Source of the DNA: the human T2T-CHM13v2.0 reference genome, Homo sapiens
Assembly: GCF_009914755.1 (NCBI RefSeq)
Contig: NC_060942.1
Direction: 5' to 3' (one strand)
DNA: 64,000 bases
Shown: piece by piece, positions 25,601 to 40,600 of the stretch
Layout: every line of letters begins with the position of its first letter
How positions within the stretch are numbered: the stretch's first letter is position 1
The notes under the pieces: generated by a model
The model's database searches: none
What the model was told of the DNA's origin: nothing
The model's input: the letters and a program-made list of their open reading frames with translations, nothing else
Position numbers and translations under genes: made by a program

Positions 25601-28600
25601 GACAGCAGCATTCTCAGAAGCTGCTTCGTGATGTTTGCTTTTAAGTCACAGAGGTGAACATTCCCTTTCAGAGAGCAGGATTCAAACACTCATTCTGTAG
25701 TATCTGGAAGAGGACATTTCGAACGCTTTCAGGCCTATGGTGAACAAGGAAATATCTGCCCATACAAACTTGACAGAAGCATTCTCACAAACTGGTTTGG
25801 AATGTATGTCCTCAGCTAACAGAGTACAACCTGTCTTTTGATACAGCAGTATTGAAACACACTTTCTGTAGAATCTGCAAGTGGATATTTGGATAGCTCT
25901 AACGATTTCGTTGGAAACGAGGATACTTTAGTATAAAATCTAGACACAGGCACTCTCAGAAACTGCTCTGTGATATGTGCATTCAAGTCACAGAGTTGAA
26001 CATTCCCTTTATTAGAGCAGGTTTGAAACACTCTTTTTGTAGTATCTGAAAGTGGACATTTGGAGCGCTTTGACGCCTTTGCTGAAAAAGGAAATATCTT
26101 CTCTTCAAAACTAGACAGAAACATTCCCAGAAACTTCTTTGTGATGTGTGTCCTCAACTAACAGAGTTCAACCTCTCTTATGATACAGAAGCTTGGAAAC
26201 ACTCTTTTTGTAGTATATGCAAGGGGATATTTGGATAGCTCGAAGTATTTCGTTGGAAACGGGAATATCTTCATATAAAATCTAGACAGAAGCACTCTCA
26301 GAAACTACTTTGTGCTATCTGCATTCAAGTCACAGAGTTGAATATTCCCTTTCTTAGAGCAGGCTTGAAACCGTCTTTTCTTGGAATCTGCAGGTGGATA
26401 TTTGGATAGCTTTCAGGATTTCGTTGGAAACGGGATTACATATACAAAGTAGACAGTAGCATTCTCAGAAGCTTCTCTGTGATGTTTGCTTTTAAGTCAC
26501 AGAGTTGAGCATTCCCTTTCATAGAGCAGGTTTGAAACAGTCTTTCTGTAGTATCTGAAAGTGGACATTTCGAGGGCTTTCAGGCCTATGGTGAAAAAGG
26601 AAATATCTTCCCATAAAAACTAGACAGAAGCATTCTCAGAAACTTATTTGTGATGTATGTCCTCAACTAACAGAGTTGAACCTTTCTTTTGATAAAGCAG
26701 TTTGGAAACACTCTTTTTGTAGAATCTGCAAGTGGATATTTGGATAACTTTGAAGATTTCGTTGGAAACGGGAATATCTTCATGTAAAATCGAGACAGAA
26801 GCATTCTCAGAAGCAGCTTTGTGATGTCTGCATTCACGTCACACAGTTGAACATTCCCTTTCATAGAGCAGGTTTGAAACACTCTTTCTGCAGTATCTGG
26901 ATGTGGACACTTGGAGCGCTTTGACGCTTACGGTGCAAAAGGAAATATCTTCCCATAAAAATTAGACAGAAGCATTCTCACAAACTGGTTTGTGAAGTAT
27001 GTCCTCAGCTAACAGAGTTGAACCTTTCTATTTACAGAGCTGTTTTGAAAGACTCTATTGGAGAATCTGCAAGTGGATATTTGGAAAGCTTTAAGGATTT
27101 CATTGGAAACCGGAATATCTTCAGGTAAAATCTCGACAATGGCATTCTCAGAAACTTCTTTGTGATGTGTGTCCTCAAGTAACAGAGTACAACCAGTCTT
27201 TTGATACAGCAGTTTGGAAACACTCTTTCTGTAGAATCTACAAGTGGATATTTGGATAGCTCAAGCTATTTCGCTGGAAACGGGAATAGCTTCATATAAA
27301 CTCTAGACAGAAGCACTCTCAGAAACTACTTTGTGATATCTGTATTCAAGTCACAGAGTTGAATATTCCCTTTCTTAGAGCAGGTTTGAAACCGTCTTTT
27401 CGTGGAATCTGCAGGAGGATATTTGGATAGCTTTGGGGATTTCGTCGGAAACGGGATTACATATACAAAGTAGACAGCAGCATTCTGAGAAGCTGCTTTG
27501 TGATGTTTGCTTTTAAGTCACAGAGTTGAACATTCCCTTTCAGAGAGCAGGTTTCAAACACTCTTTCTGTAGTATCTGGAAGAGGACATTTCAAGCGCTT
27601 TCAGCCCTATGGTGAACAAGGAAATATCTTCCCATACAAACTTGACAGAAGCATTCTCACAAACTGGTTTGGGATGTATGTCCTCAGCTAACAGAGTACA
27701 ACCCGTCTTTTGATACAGCAGTATTGAAACACTCTTTCTGTAGAATCTGCAAGTGGATATTTGGATAGCTCTAACGATTTCGTTGGAAACGGGAATACTT
27801 TAGTATAAAATCTAGACACAGGCACTCTCAGAAACTGCTCTGTGATATGTGCATTCAAGTCACAGAGTTGAACATTCCCTTTATTAGAGCAGGTTTGAAA
27901 CACTGTTTTTGTAGCATCTGGAAGTGGACATTTGGAGCGCTTTGACGCCTTTGCTGAAAAAAGAAATATCTTCTCTTCAAAACTAGACAGAAGCATTCCC
28001 AGAAACTTCTTTGTGATGTGTGCCCTCAACTAACAGAGTTCAACCTCTCTTATGATACAGAAGTTTGGAAACACTCTTTTTGTAGTATATGCAAGGGGAT
28101 ATTTGGATAGCTCGAAGTATTTCGTTGGAAACGGGAATATCTTTATATAAAATCTAGACAGAAGCACTCTCAGAAACTACTTTGTGCTATCTGCATTCAA
28201 GTCACAGAGTTGAATATTCCCTTTCTTAGAGCAGGGTTGAAACCGTCTTTTCTTGGAATCTGCAGGTGGATATTTGGATAGCTTTCAGGATTTCGTTGGA
28301 AACGGGATTACATATACAAAGTAGACAGTAGCATTCTCAGAAGCTTCTCTGTGATGTTTGCTTTTAAGTCACAGAGTTGAGCATTCCCTTTCATAGAGCA
28401 GGTTTGAAACACTCTTTCTGTAGTATCTGGAAGTGGACATTTCGAGGGCTTTCAGGCCTATGGTGAAAAAGGAAATATCTTCCAATAAAAACTAGACAGA
28501 AGCATTCTCAGAAACTTATTTGTGATGTATGTCCTCAACTAACAGAGTTGAACCTTTCTTTTGATACAGCAGTTTGGAAACACTCTTTTTGTAGAATCTG

Positions 28601-31600
28601 CAAGTGGATATTTGGATAACTTTGAAGATTTCGTTGGAAACGGGAATATCTTCATGTAAAATCGGGACAGAAGCATTCTCAGAAACAGCTTTGTGATGTC
28701 TGCATTCACGTCACACAGTTGAACATTCGCTTTCATAGCGCAGGTTTGAAACACTCTTTCTGCAGTATCTGGATGTGGACACTTGGAGCGCTTTGACGCT
28801 TACGGTGCAAAAGGAAATATCTTCCCATTAAAACTAGACAGAAGCATTCTCACAAACTGGTTTGTGATGTATGTCCTCAGCTAACAGAGTTGAACCTTTC
28901 TATTTACAGAGCTGTTTTGAAAGACTCTATTGGAGAATCTGCAAGTGGATATTTGGAAAGCTTGAAGGATTTCATTGGAAACCGGAATATCTTCAGGTAA
29001 AATCTCGACAAGGGCATTCTCAGAAACTTCTTTGTGATGTGTGTCCTCAAGTAACAGAGTACAACCAGTCTTTTGATACAGCAGTTTGGAAACACTCTTT
29101 CTGTAGAATCTACAAGTGGATATTTGGATAGCTCAAGCTATTTCGTTGGAAACGGGAATAGCTTCATATAAACTCTAGACAGAAGCACTCTCAGAAACTA
29201 CTTTGTGATATCTGTATTCAAGTCACAGAGCTGAATATTCCCTTTCTTAGAGCAGGTTTGAAACCGTCTTTTCGTGGAATCTGCAGGAGGATATTTGGAT
29301 AGCTTTGGGGATTTCGTCGGAAACGGGATTACATATACAAAGCAGACAGCAGCATTCTCAGAAGCTGCTTTGTGATGTTTGCTTTTAAGTCACAGAGTTG
29401 AACATTCCCTTTCAGAGAGCAGGATTCAAACACTCTTTCTGTAGTATCTGGAAGAGGACATTTGGAGCGCTTTCAGGCCTATGGTGAACAAGGAAATATC
29501 TTCCCATACAAACTTGACAGAAGCATTCTCACAAACTGGTTTGGGATGTATGTCCTCAGCTAACAGAGTACAACCTGTCTTTTGATACAGCAGTATTGAA
29601 ACACACTTTCTGTAGAATCTGCAAGTGGATATTTGGATAGCTCTAACGATTTCTTTGGAAACGGGAATACTTTAGTACAAAATCTAGACACAGGCACTCT
29701 CAGAAACTGCTCTGTGATATATGCATTCAAGTCACAGAGTTGAACATTCCCTTTATTAGAGCAGGTTTGAAACACTGTTTTTGTAGTATCTGGAAGTGGA
29801 CATTTGGAGCGCTTTGACGCCTTTGCTGAAAAAGGAAATATCTTCTCTTCAAAACTAGACAGAAGCATTCCCAGAAACTTCTTTGTGATGTGTGTCCTCA
29901 ACTAACAGAGTTCAACCTCTTTTATGATACAGAAGTTTGGAAACACTCTTTTTGTAGTATATGCAAGGGGATATTTGGATAGCTCGAAGTATTTCGTTGG
30001 AAACGGGAATATCTTCATATAAAATCTAGACTGAAGCACTCTCAGAAACTACTTTGTGATATCTGCATTCAAGTCACAGAGTTGAATATTCCCTTTCTTA
30101 GAGCAGGGTTGAAACCGTCTTTTCTTGGAATCTGCAGGTGGATATTTGGATAGCTTTCAGGATTTCTTTGGAAACGGGATTACATATACACAGTAGACAG
30201 TAGCATTCTCAGAAGTTTCTCTGTGATGTTTGATTTTAAGTCACAGAGTTGAGCATTCCCTTTCATAGAGCAGGTTTGAAACACTCTTTCTGTAGTATCT
30301 GGAAGTGGACATTTCGAGGGCTTTCAGTCCTATGGTGAAAAAGGAAATATCTTCCCATAAAAACTAGACAGAAGCATTCTCAGAAACTTATTTGTGATGT
30401 ATGACCTCAACTAACAGAGTTGAACCTTTCTTTTGATACAGCAGTTTGGAAACACTCTTTTTGTAGAATCTGCAAGTGGATATTTGGATAACTTTGAAGA
30501 TTTCGTTGGAAACGGGAATATCTTCATGTAAAATCGAGACAGAAGCATTCTCAGAAACAGCTTTGTGATGTCTGCATTCACGTCACAGAGTTGAACATTC
30601 GCTTTCATAGAGCAGGTTTGAAACACTCTTTCTGCAGTATCTGGATGTGGACAATCGGAGCGCTTTGACGCTTACGGTGCAAAAGGAAATATCTTCCCAT
30701 AAAAACTAGACAGAAGCATTCTCACAAACTGGTTTGTGATGTATGTTCTCAGCTAACAGAGTTGAACCTTTCTATTTACAGAGCTGTTTTGAAAGACTCT
30801 ATTGGAGAATCTGCAAGTGGATAATTGGAAAGCTTTAAGGATTTCATTGGAAACCGGAATATCTTCAGGTAAAATCTCGACAAGGGCATTCTCAGAAACT
30901 TCTTTGTGATGTGTGTCCTCAAGTAACAGAGTACAACCTGTCTTTTGATACAGCAGTTTGGAAACACTCTTTCTGTAGAATCTACAAGTGGATATTTGGA
31001 TAGCTGAATCTATTTCGTTGGAAACGGGAATAGCTTCATATAAACTCTAGACAGAAGCACTCTCAGAAACTACTTTGTGATATCTGTATTCAAGTCACAG
31101 AGTTGAATATTCCCTTTCTTAGAGCAGGTTTGAAACCGTCTTTTCGTGGAATCTGCAGGAGGATATTTGGATAGCTATGGGGATTTCTTCGGAAACGGGA
31201 TTACATATACAAAGTAGACAGCAGCATTCTCAGAAGCTGCTTTGTGATGTTTGCTTTTAAGTCACAGAGTTGAACATTCCCTTTCAGAGAGCAGGTTTCA
31301 AACACTCTTTCTGTAGTATCTGGAAGAGGATATTTCGAGCGCTTTCAGGCCTATGGTGAACAAGGAAATATCTTCCCATACAAACTTGACAGAAGCATTC
31401 TCACAAACTGGTTTGGGATGTATGTCCTCAGCTAACAGAGTACAACCTGTCTTTTGATACAGCAGTATTGAAACACTCTTTCTGTAGAATCTGCAAGTGG
31501 ATATTTGGATAGATCTAACGATTTCGTTGGAAACGGGAATACTTTAGTATAAAATCTAGACACAGGCACTCTCAGAAACTGCTCTGTGATATGTGCATTC

Positions 31601-34600
31601 AAGTCACAGAGTTCAACATTCCCTTTATTAGAGCAGGTTTGAAACACTCTTTTTGTAGTATCTGGAAGTGGACATTTGGAGCGCTTTGACGCCTTTGCTG
31701 AAAAAGGAAATATCTTCTCTTCAAAACTAGACAGAAGCATTCCCAGAAACTTCTTTGTGATGTGTGTCCTCAACTAACAGAGTTCAACCTCTCTTATGAT
31801 ACAGAAGTTTGGAAACACTCTTTTTGTAGTATATGCAAGGGGATATTTGGATAGCTCGAAGTATTTCGTTGGAAACGGGAATATCTTCATATAAAATCTA
31901 GACAGAAGCACTCTCAGAAACTACTTTGTGCTATCTGCATTCAAGTCACAGAGTTGAATATTCCCTTTCTCAGAGCAGGGTTGAAACCGTCTTTTCTTGG
32001 AATCTGCAGGTGGATATTTGGATAGCTTTCAGGATTTCTTTGGAAACGGGATTACATATACAGAGTAGACAGTAGCATTCTCAGAAGCTTCACTGTGATG
32101 TTTGCTTTTAAGTCACAGAGTTGAGCATTCCCTTTCATAGAGCAGGTTTGAAACACTCTTTCTGTAGTATCTGGAAGTGGACATTTCGAGGGCTTTCAGG
32201 CCTATGGTGAAAAAGGAAATATCTTCCCATAAAAACTAGACAGAAGCATTCTCAGAAACTTATTTGTGATGTATGACCTCAACCAACAGAGTTGAACCTT
32301 TCTTTTGATACAGCAGTTTGGAAACACTCTTTTTGTAGAATCTGCAAGTGGATATTTGGATAACTTTGAAGATTTCGTTGGAAACGGGAATATCTTCATG
32401 TAAAATCGAGACAGAAGCATTCTCAGAAACAGCTTTGTGGTGTCTGCATTCACGTCACAGAGTTGAACATTCGCTTTCATAGAGCAGGTTTGAAACACTC
32501 TTTCTGCAGTATCTGGATGTGGACACTTGGAGCGCTTTGACGCTTACGGTGTAAAAGGATATATCTTCCCATAAAAACTAGACAGAAGCATTCTCACATA
32601 CTGGTTTGTGATGTATGTCCTCAGCTAACAGAGTTGAACCTTTCTATTTACAGAGCTGTTTTGAAAGACTCTATTGGAGAATCTGCAAGTGGATATTTGG
32701 AAAGCTTTAAGGATTTCATTGGAAACCGGAATATCTTCAGGTAAAATCTCGACAAGGGCATTCTCAGAAACTTCTTTGTGATGTGTGTCCTCAAGTAACA
32801 GAGTACAACCTGTCTTTTGATACAGCAGTTTGGAAACACTCTTTCTGTAGAATCTACAAGTGGATATTTGGATAGCTCAAGCTATTTCGTTGGAAACGGG
32901 AATAGCTTCATATAAACTCTAGACAGAAGCACTCTCAGAAACTACTTTGTGATATCTGTATTCAAGTCACAGAGTTGAATATTCCTTTTCTTAGAGCAGG
33001 TTTGAAACCGTCTTTTCGTGGAATCTGCAGGAGGATATTTGGATAGCTTTGAGGATTTCGTCGGAAACGGGATTACATATACAAAGTAGGCAGCATTCTC
33101 AGAAGCTGCTTTGTGATGTTTGCCTTTAAGTCATAGAGTTGAACATTCCCTTTCAGAGAGCAGGTTTCAAACACTCTTTCTGTAGTATCTGGAAGAGGAC
33201 ATTTCGAGCGCTTTCAGGCCTATGGTGAACAAGGAAATATCTTCCCATACAAACTTGACAGAAGCATTCTCACAAACTGGTTTGGGATGTATGTCCTCAG
33301 CTAACAGAGTACAACCTGTCTTTTGATACAGCAGTATTGAAACACTCTTTCTGTAGAATCTGCAAGTGGATATTTGGATAGCTCTAACGATTTCGTTGGA
33401 AACGGGAATACTTTAGTATAAAATCTAGACTCAGGCACTCTCAGAAACTACTCTGTGATATGTGCATTCAAGTCACAGAGTTGAACATTCCCTTTATTAG
33501 AGCAGGTTTGAAACACTGTTTTTGTAGTATCTGGAAGTGGACATTTGGAGCGCTTTGACGCCTTTGCTGAAAAAGGAAATATCTTCTCTTCAAACCTAGA
33601 CAGAAGCATTCCCTGAAACTTCTTTGTGATGTGGGTCCTCAACTAACAGAGTTCAACCTCTCTTATGATACAGAAGTTTGGAAACACTCTTTTTGTAGTA
33701 TGTGCAAGGGGATATTTGGATAGCTCGAAATATTTCTTTGGAAACGGGAATATCTTCATATAAAATCTAGACAGAAGCACTCTCAGAAAGTACTTTGTGA
33801 TATCTGCATTCAAGTCACAGAGTTGAATATTCCCTTTCTTAGAGCAGGGTTGAAACCGTCTTTTCTTGGAATCTGCAGGTGGATATTTGGATAGCTTTCA
33901 CGACATCTTTGGAAACGGGATTACATATACAAAGTAGACAGTAGCATTCTCAGAAGCTTCTCTGTGATGTTTGGTTTTAAGTCACAGAGTTCAGCATTCC
34001 CTTTCATAGAGCAGGTTTGAAACACTCTTTCTGTAGTATCTGGAAGTGGACATTTCGAGGGCTTTCAGGCCTATGGTGAAAAAGGAAATATCTTCCCATA
34101 AAAACTAGACAGAAGCATTCTCAGAAACTTATTTGTGATGTATGACCTCAACTAACAGAGTTGAACCTTTCTTTTGATACAGCAGTTTGGAAACACTCTT
34201 TTTGTAGAATCTGCAAGTGGATATTTGGATAACTTTGAAGATTTCGTTGGAAACGGGAATATCTTCATGTAAAATCGAGACAGAAGCATTCTCAGAAACA
34301 GCTTTGTGATGTCTGCATTCACGTCACAGAGTTGAACATTCGCTTTCATAGAGCAGGCTTGAAAAACTCTTTCTGCAGTATCTGGATGTGGACACTTGGA
34401 GCGCTTTGACGCTTACGGTGCAAAAGGAAATATCTTTCCATAAAAACTAGACAGAAGCATTCTCACAAACTGGTTTGTGATGTATGTCCTCAGCTAACAG
34501 AGTTGAACCTTTCTATTTACAGAGCTGTTTTGAAAGACTCTATTGGAGAATCTGCAAGTGGATATTTGGAAAGCTTTAAGGATTTCATTGGAAACCGGAA

Positions 34601-37600
34601 TATCTTCAGGTAAAATCTCGACAAGGGCATTCTCAGAAACTTCTTTGTGATGTGTGTCCTCAAGTAACAGAGTACAACCTGTCTTTTGATACAGCAGTTT
34701 GGAAACACTCTTTCTGTAGAATCTACAAGTGGATATTTGGATAGCTCAAGCTATTTCGTTGGAAACGGGAATAGCTTCATATAAACTCTAGACAGAAGCA
34801 CTCTCAGAAACTACTTTGTGATATCTGTATTCAAGTCACAGAGTTGAATATTCCCTTTCTTAGAGCAGGTTTGAAACCGTCTTTTCGTGGAATCTGCAGG
34901 AGGATATTTGGATAGCTTTGGGGATTTCGTCGGAAACGGGATTACATATACAAAGCAGACAGCAGCATTCTCAGAAGCTGCTTTCTGATGTTTGCTTTTA
35001 AGTCACAGAGTTTAACATTCCCTTTCAGAGAGCAGGATTCAAACACTCTTTCTGTAGTATCTGGAAGAGGACATTTCGAGCGCTTTCAGGCCTATGGTGA
35101 ACTAGGAAATATCTTCCCATACAAACTTGACAGAATCATTCTCACAAACTCGTTTGGGATGTATGTCCTCAGCTAACAGAGTTCAACCTGTCTTTTGATA
35201 CAGCAGTATTGAAACACTCTTTCTGTAGAATCTGCAAGTGGATATTTGGATAGCTGTAACGATTTCGTTGGAAACGGGAATACTTTAGTATAAAATCTAG
35301 ACACAGGCACTCTCAGAAACTGCTCTGTGATATGTGCATTCAAGTCACAGAGTTGAACATTCCCTTTATTAGAGCAGGTTTGAAACACTCTTTTTGTAGT
35401 ATCTGGAAGTGGACATTTGGAGCGCTTTGACGCCTTTGCTGAAAAAGGAAATATCTTCTCTTCAAAACTAGACAGAAGCATTCCCAGAAACTTCTTTGTG
35501 ATGTGTGTCCTCAACTAACAGAGTTCAACCTCTCTTATGATACAGTAGTTTGGAAACACTCTTTTTATAGTATATGCAAGGGGATATTTGGATAGCTCGA
35601 AGTATTTCGTTGGAAACGGGAATATCTTCATATAAAATCTAGACAGAAGCACTCTCAGAAACTACTTTGTGATATCTGCATTCAAGTCACAGAGTTGAAT
35701 ATTCCCTTTCTTAGAGCAGGTTTGAAACCGTCTTTTCTTGGAATCTGCAGGTTGATATTTGGATAGCTTTCAGGATTTCGTTGGAAACGGGATTACATAT
35801 ACAAAGTAGACAGTAGCATTCTCAGAAGCTTCTCTGTGATGTTTGCTTTTAAGTCACAGAGTTGAGCATTCCCTTTCATAGAGCAGGTTTGAAACACTCT
35901 TTCTGTAGTATCTGGAAGTGGACATTTCGAGGGCTTTCAGGCCTATGGTGAAAAAGGAAATATCTTCCCATAAAAACTAGACAGAAGCATTCTCAGAAAC
36001 TTATTTGTGATGTATGTCCTCAACTAACAGAGTTGAACCTTTCTTTTGATACAGCAGTTTGGAAACACTCTTTTTGTAGAATCTGCAAGTGGATATTTGG
36101 ATAACTTTGAAGATTTCGTTGGAAACGGGAATATCTTCATGTAAAATCGAGACAGAAGCATTCTCAGAAACAGCTTTGTGATGTCTGCATTCACGTCACA
36201 GAGTTGAACATTCGCTTTCATAGAGCAGGTTTGAAACATTCTTTCTGCAGTATCTGGATGTGGACAGTTGGAGCGCTTTGACGCTTACGGTGCAAAAGGA
36301 AATATCTTCCCATAAAAATTAGACAGAAGCATTCTCACAAACTGGTTTGTGATGTATGTCCTCAGCTAACAGAGTTGAACATTTCTATTTACAGAGCAGT
36401 TTTGAAAGACTCTATTGGAGAATCTGCAAGTGGATATTTGGAAAGCTTTAAGGATTTCATTGGAAACCGGAATATCTTCAGGTAAAATCTCGACAAGGGC
36501 ATTCTCAGAAACTTCTTTGTGATGTGTGTCCTCAAGTAACAGAGTACAACCTGTCTTTTGGTACAGCAGTTTGGAAACACTCTTTCTGTAGAATCTACAA
36601 GTGGATATTTGGATAGCTGAAGCTATTTCGTTGGAAACGGGAATAGCTTCCTATAAACTCTAGACAGAAGCACTCTCAGAAACTACTTTGTGATATCTGT
36701 ATTCAAGTCACAGAGTTGAATATTCCCTTTCTTAGAGCAGGTTTGAAACCGTCTTTTCGTGGAATCTGCAGGAGGATATTTGGATAGCTTTGGGGATTTC
36801 GTCGGAAACGGGATTACATATACAAAGTAGACAGCAGCATTCTCAGAAGCTGCTTTGTGATGTTTGCTTTTAAGTCACAGAGTTGAACATTCCCTTTCAG
36901 AGAGCAGGTTTCAAACACTCTTTCTGTAGTATCTGGAAGAGGACGTTTCGAGCGCTTTCAGGCCTATGGTGAACAAGGAAATATCTTCCCATACAAACTT
37001 GACAGAAGCATTCTCACAAACTGGTTTGGGATGTATGTCCTCAGCTAACAGAGTACAACCTGTCTTTTGATACAGCAGTATTGAAACACACTTTCTGTAG
37101 AATCTGCAAGTGGATATTGGGATAGCTCTAACGATTTCGTTGGAAACGAGAATACTTTAGTATAAAATCTAGACACAGGCACTCTCAGAAACTGCTCTGT
37201 GATATGTGCATTCAAGTCACAGAGTTGAACATTCCCTTTATTAGAGCAGGTTTGAAACACTGTTTTTGTAGTATCTGGAAGTGGACATTTGGAGCGCTTT
37301 GACGCCTTTGCTGAAAAAGGAAATATCTTCTCTTCAAAACTAGACAGAAGCATTCCCAGAAACTTCTTTGTGATGTGTGTCCTCAACTAACAGAGTTCAA
37401 CCTCTCTTATGATACAGAAGTTTAGAAACACTCTTTTTGTAGTATATGCAAGGGGATATTTGGATAGCTCGAAGTATTTCTTTGGAAACGGGAATATCTT
37501 CATATAAAATCTAGACAGAAGCACTCTCAGAAACTACTTTGTGCTATCTGCATTCAAGTCACAGAGTTGAATATTCCCTTTCTTAGAGCAGGGTTGAAAC

Positions 37601-40600
37601 CGTCTTTTCTTGGAATCTGCAGGTGGATATTTGGATAGCTTTCAGGATTTCTTTGGAAACGGGATTACATATACAGAGTAGACAGTAGCATTCTCAGAAG
37701 CTTCACTGTGATGTTTCCTTTTAAGTCACAGAGTTGAGCATTCCCTTTCATAGAGCAGGTTTGAAACACTCTTTCTGTAGTATCTGGAAGTGGACATTTC
37801 GAGGGCTTTCAGGCCTATGGTGAAAAAGGAAATATCTTCCCATAAAAACTAGACAGAATCATTCTCAGAAACTTATTTGTGATGTATGTCCTCAACTAAC
37901 GGAGTTGAACCTTTCTTTTGATACAGCAGTTTGGAAACACTCTTTTTGTAGAATCTGCAAGTGGATATTTGGATAACTTTGAAGATTTCGTTGGAAACGG
38001 GAATATCTTCATGTAAAATCGAGACAGAAGCATTCTCAGAAACAGCTTTGTGATGTCTGCATTCACGTCACAGAGTTGAACATTCGCTTTCATAGAGCAG
38101 GTTTGAAACACTCTTTCTGCAGTATCTGGATGTGGACACTTGGAGCGCTTTGACGCTTACGGTGCAAAAGGAAATATCTTCCCATAAAAACTAGACAGAA
38201 GCATTCTCACAAACTGGTTTGTGATGTGTGTCCTCAGCTAACAGAGTTGAACCTTTCTATTTACAGAGCTGTTTTGAAAGACTCTATTGGAGAATCTGCA
38301 AGTGGATATTTGGAAAGCTTGAAGGATTTCATTGGAAACCGGAATATCTTCAGGTAAAATCTCGACAAGGGCATTCTCAGAAACTTCTTTGTGATGTGTG
38401 TCCTCAAGTAACAGAGTACAACCTGTCTTTTGATACAGCAGTTTGGAAACACTCTTTCTGTAGAATCTACAAGTGGATATTTGGATAGCTCAAGCTATTT
38501 CGTTGGAAACGGGAATAGCTTCATATAAACTCTAGACAGAAGCACTCTCAGAAACTACTTTGTGATATCTGTATTCAAGTCACAGAGTTGAATATTCACT
38601 TTCTTAGAGCAGGTTTGAAACCGTCTTTTCGTGGAATCTGCAGGAGGATATTTGGATAGCTTTGGGGATTTCGTCGGAAACGGGATTACATATACAAAGT
38701 AGACAGCAGCATTCTCAGAAGCTGCTTTGTGATGTTTGCTTTTAAGTCACAGAGTTGAACATTCCCTTTCAGAGAGCAGGTTTCAAACACTCTTTCTGTA
38801 GTATCTGGAAGAGGACATTTCGAGCGCTTTCAGGCCTATGGTGAACAAGGAAATATCTTCCCATACAAACTTGACAGAAGCATTCTCACAAACTGGTTTG
38901 GGATGTATGTCCTCAGCTAACAGAGTACAACCTGTCTTTTGATACAGCAGTATTGAAACACTCTTTCTGTAGAATCTGCAAGTGGATATTTGGATAGCTC
39001 TAACGATTTCGTTGGAAACGGGAATACTTTAGTATAAAATCTAGACAGAGGCACTCTCAGAAACTGCTCTGTGATATGTGCATTCAAGTCACAGAGTTGA
39101 ACATTCCCTTTATTAAAGCAGGTTTGAAACACTGTTTTTGTAGTATCTGGAAGTGGACATTTGGAGCGCTTTGACGCCTTTGCTGAAAAAGGAAATATCT
39201 TCTCTTCAAAACTAGACAGAAGCATTCCCAGAAACTTCTTTGTGATGTGTGTCCTCAACTAACAGAGTTCAACCTCTCTTATGATACAGAAGTTTGGAAA
39301 CACTCTTTTTGTAGTATATGCAAGGGGATATTTGGATAGCTCGAAGTATTTCGTTGGAAACGGGAATATCTTCATATAAAATCTAGACAGAAGCACTCTC
39401 AGAAACTACTTTGTGCTATCTGCATTCAAGTCACAGAGTTGAATATTCCCTTTCTTAGAGCAGGTTTGAAACCGTCTTTTCGTGGAATCTGCAGGAGGAT
39501 ATTTGGATAGCTTTGGGGATTTCGTCGGAAACGGGATTACATATACAAAGCAGACAGCAGCATTCTCAGAAGCTGCTTTGTGATGTTTGCTTTTAAGTCA
39601 CAGAGTTGAACATTCCCTTTCAGAGAGCAGGTTTCAAACACTCTTTCTGTAGTATCTGGAAGAGGACATTTCGAGCGCTTTCAGGCCTATGGTGAACAAG
39701 GAAATATCTTCCCATACAAACTTGACAGAAGCATTCTCACAAACTGGTTTGGGATGTATGTCCTCAGCTAACAGAGTACAACCTGTCTTTTGATACAGCA
39801 GTATTGAAACACTCTTTCTGTAGAATCTGCAAGTGGATATTTGGATAGCTCTAACGATTACGTTGGAAACGGGAATACTTTAGTATAAAATCTAGACACA
39901 GGCACTCTCAGAAACTGCTCTGTGATATGTGCATTCAAGTCACAGAGTTGAACATTCCCTTTATTAGAGCAGGTTTGAAACACTGTTTTTGTAGTATCTG
40001 GAAGTGGACATTTGGAGCGCTTTGACGCCTTTGCTGAAAAAGGAAATATCTTCTCTTCAAAACTAGACAGAAGCATTCCCAGAAACTTCTTTGTGATGTG
40101 TGCCCTCAACTAACAGAGTTCAACCTCTCTTATGATACAGAAGTTTGGAAACACTCTTTTTGTAGTATATGCAAGGGGATATTTGGATAGCTCGAAGTAT
40201 TTCGTTGGAAACGGGAATATCTTCATATAAAATCTAGACAGAAGCACTCTCAGAAACTACTTTGTGCTATCTGCATTCAAGTCACAGAGTTGAATATTCC
40301 CTTTCTTAGAGCAGGTTTGAAACCGTCTTTTCTTGGAATCTGCAGGTGGATATTTGGATAGCTTTCAGGATTTCGTTGGAAACGGGATTACATATACAAA
40401 GTAGACAGTAGCATTCTCAGAAGCTTCTCTGTGATGTTTGCATTTAAGTCACAGAGTTGAGCATTCCCTTTCATAGAGCAGGTTTGAAACACTCTTTCTG
40501 TAGTATCTGGAAGTGGACATTTCGAGGGCTTTCAGGCCTATGGTGAAAAAGGAAATATCTTCCCATAAAAACTAGACAGAATCATTCTCAGAAACTTATT

